From positions 129,518,001-129,582,000 of the forward strand of contig OX597814.1 of the NCBI GenBank assembly GCA_951406725.2: a DNA stretch of 64,000 bases, in the 5' to 3' direction. The stretch comes from Octopus vulgaris. Its lineage: Eukaryota. The notes beneath the pieces are model-generated. The model worked only from the letters and a program-made list of their open reading frames with translations, did not search any database and was not told where the DNA came from. The position numbers were made by a program, and so were the translations under genes. Positions 61,917 through 64,000 of the stretch are shown piece by piece. Every line of letters begins with the position of its first letter. Within the stretch, counting starts at the first letter, position 1.

Positions 61917-62145
61917 ATTTCTTTATTACCCACAAGGGGCTAAACACAGAGGGGACAAACAAGGACAGACATAGGTATTAAGTCGATTACATCGACCCCA
62001 GTGCATAACTGGTACTTAATTTATTGACCCCGAAATGATGAAAGGCAAAGTCGACCTCGGTGGAATTTGAACTCACAACGTAACGCAGACGAAATACCGC
62101 TAAGCATTTCGCCCGGCGTGCTAACGTTTCTGCCAGCTCGCCGCC
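61917..62145 (-). mobile_element. Meta-domain-type SINE inserted at the CR1 stop codon
   Basis: TSD aacactacacct at 61905-61916 and 62146-62157. Confidence 0.92.
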
Positions 62146-62924
62146 AACACTACACCTGATTTTCTTCCCTCCATACGCATGCAAGCATGTATCTGACTCA
62201 TACACTGTTCACTTTCCAGACATTTGTACATTACTGCATATGCTTTATATGCACTTTTGACAAGTTGTGGTGCACAACTCATTATTTCATTATTATTATT
62301 ATTATTATTATACAGCATCAAATTTCCCAGGCAAGCTTCATGTTGCTTGCCATTTTCAAATGGAGAGAGAGAGAGACAGAGAGAGAAACACCTTTTGCTG
62401 CCAACAGAGTTAAAAGGCTCCTGAACTTTAACACTTTCCTACTCTAGCTACAATACTTTCGCTATATTTTATAGAAGCTATCAAATGATATCAGTTATTA
62501 CAATCAGTCATCCCAATAAAAGATGTAAGCTTTATATAATTCATGATGACCATGGGGATAGATTAAATAATTATTAAATCATTAAGACAATGGAAGTATA
62601 ATGAAGTGTCTCATTAGAAATTAGAATAATGTCATACTGATGGTGATAAAATATTTACCTTCTCTCTCTGAAATGAATGCCATGAAATAGTAACATATTA
62701 AATGCAAACATACCATTATTAACCTCACTAACTGTCCCAAAGGTTGCACAGCTCTGTTGATAACATGTTCATATGATCCAACAAGACAGCCTCTTTACAG
62801 TCATTTGATTTGCTAGACATAGCAGCTAAGCAACTATTAAATTACACTAAACTATCTTAAAATGAAGTCCATATTAGACAATGTAATTCAAGAAACCAAT
62901 AAAATAATGGTATCACTCTCTTTT

Positions 62925-63340
62925 CTTTTACTTGTTTTAGTCATTTGACTGTGGCCATGTTGGAGCACAGCCTTTTAGCTGAGCAAATCGACCTCAGGAC
63001 TTATTCTTTGGAAGCCTAGTACTTATTCTATCGGTCTCTTTTGCTGAACCGCTAAGTTATGCAGACGTAAGCACACCAGCATCGGTTGTCAAGTGATGTT
63101 GGGGAGGGGTAGGGGTACAAACACAGACACACAAACATATACACACACACACACACATATATATATATATTCATATATACGATGGGCTTCTTTCAGTTTC
63201 CGTCTACCAAATCCACTCACAAGGCTTTGGTCGGCCCGAAGCTATAGTAGAAGACACTTGCCCAAGGTGCCACGCAGTGGGAATGAATCCGGAACCATGT
63301 GGTTGGTAAGCAAACTATTTATCACACAGCCACTCCTGCA
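62925..63340 (-). mobile_element. Microsatellite-containing SINE (family of 15988)
   Basis: Reverse-complement match; another copy begins at about 63960 and runs off the window. Confidence 0.85.
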
Positions 63341-63344
63341 CTTG

Positions 63345-63930
63345 GTCAAAGTTCGAATGTCTTTGATCATAAGTCTTGCTCAATCAGGGCTGACCTAGGG
63401 TTAAACAACAATAGCAACAATATCTTAAGATGCTCTCGGACACCAACATCATTAGTAGAGAAGGTAAGAAGATATTAATGCATGAAACTTATCCTGCTAT
63501 AAAACACAAGAGGTGAGGAAAAGGCCATATTGGAGAATAGAGTCTGAGGTATATTATGTCTGAAACAAAAGATGAGTTGGTTATGGCTGGAATGCTTTTG
63601 ATCATAGTTCTGCTCAATCAAGACTTGCCTGGGGCTAAACAACAACAAAACCTAAATTCTAGACAAGCTAATGAGGGAAGCTGTACTTGATTGTCTGACC
63701 TGCTAGAAATAGAAGCCAGTTCTTTCTCAAATCATATGTTTACTATTTTAAAAAAACAGGAGGATATATTGGTTAATTGGAAAGGACATAATGTTTAAAA
63801 AAAAAGTTTAAACTGTTGTGATAGCTGTTACTGGAACACCTTCGATGATAGGTCTCTTCAATGAGGATTTACCTGGGGCTAAAGAACAAAAACAACAGTC
63901 ACAACCACAACAACAACAGCAACAAAAATA
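63345..63930 (+). repeat. Cluster of three (CAA)n-tailed repeat ends
   Basis: ttgatcatag.tctgctcaatcagggctgacctggggctaaacaacaac-like motif at about 63360, 63595 and 63845; also at about 8820-8890 and 60500. Confidence 0.6.
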
Positions 63931-64000
63931 CAACCAGCTACATAGATATTAAAGTATACTCTTTTACTTGTTTCCGTCATTTGACTGTGGCCATGCTGGA

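Noticed and set aside
62659-62667. 9-nt micro-exon candidate (tttcAG agagagaag GTaaat on the minus strand)
   Set aside because: Such AG..GT pairs are expected by chance in AT-rich introns; there is no supporting evidence.

Overview
This is AT-rich, microsatellite- and transposon-dense animal DNA; the SINE, RTE and mariner content looks like an octopod cephalopod (inference). It holds one host gene: ten minus-strand coding exons (57507 down to the stop at 28121) that splice in frame through GT-AG junctions into the C-terminal WD40 half of SPAG16/PF20, with the 5' exons not resolved in the window. The rest is mobile DNA: a near-full-length broken RTE LINE with a PHD-like finger, CR1 and L1/Tx1 remnants, mariner, Tc1 and maT relics and MITEs, Helitrons, TTAA-flanked MITEs and several SINE families. 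The most unusual signal is seven minimal type I hammerhead ribozyme motifs (plus one decayed copy) from about six unrelated non-coding repeat families with Penelope/retrozyme-like architecture. They include a roughly 365-nt circularly permuted unit with a U3-A8 core variant. All five motifs inside SPAG16 introns are antisense to the gene. Everything was read by eye; no database search or folding program was run.
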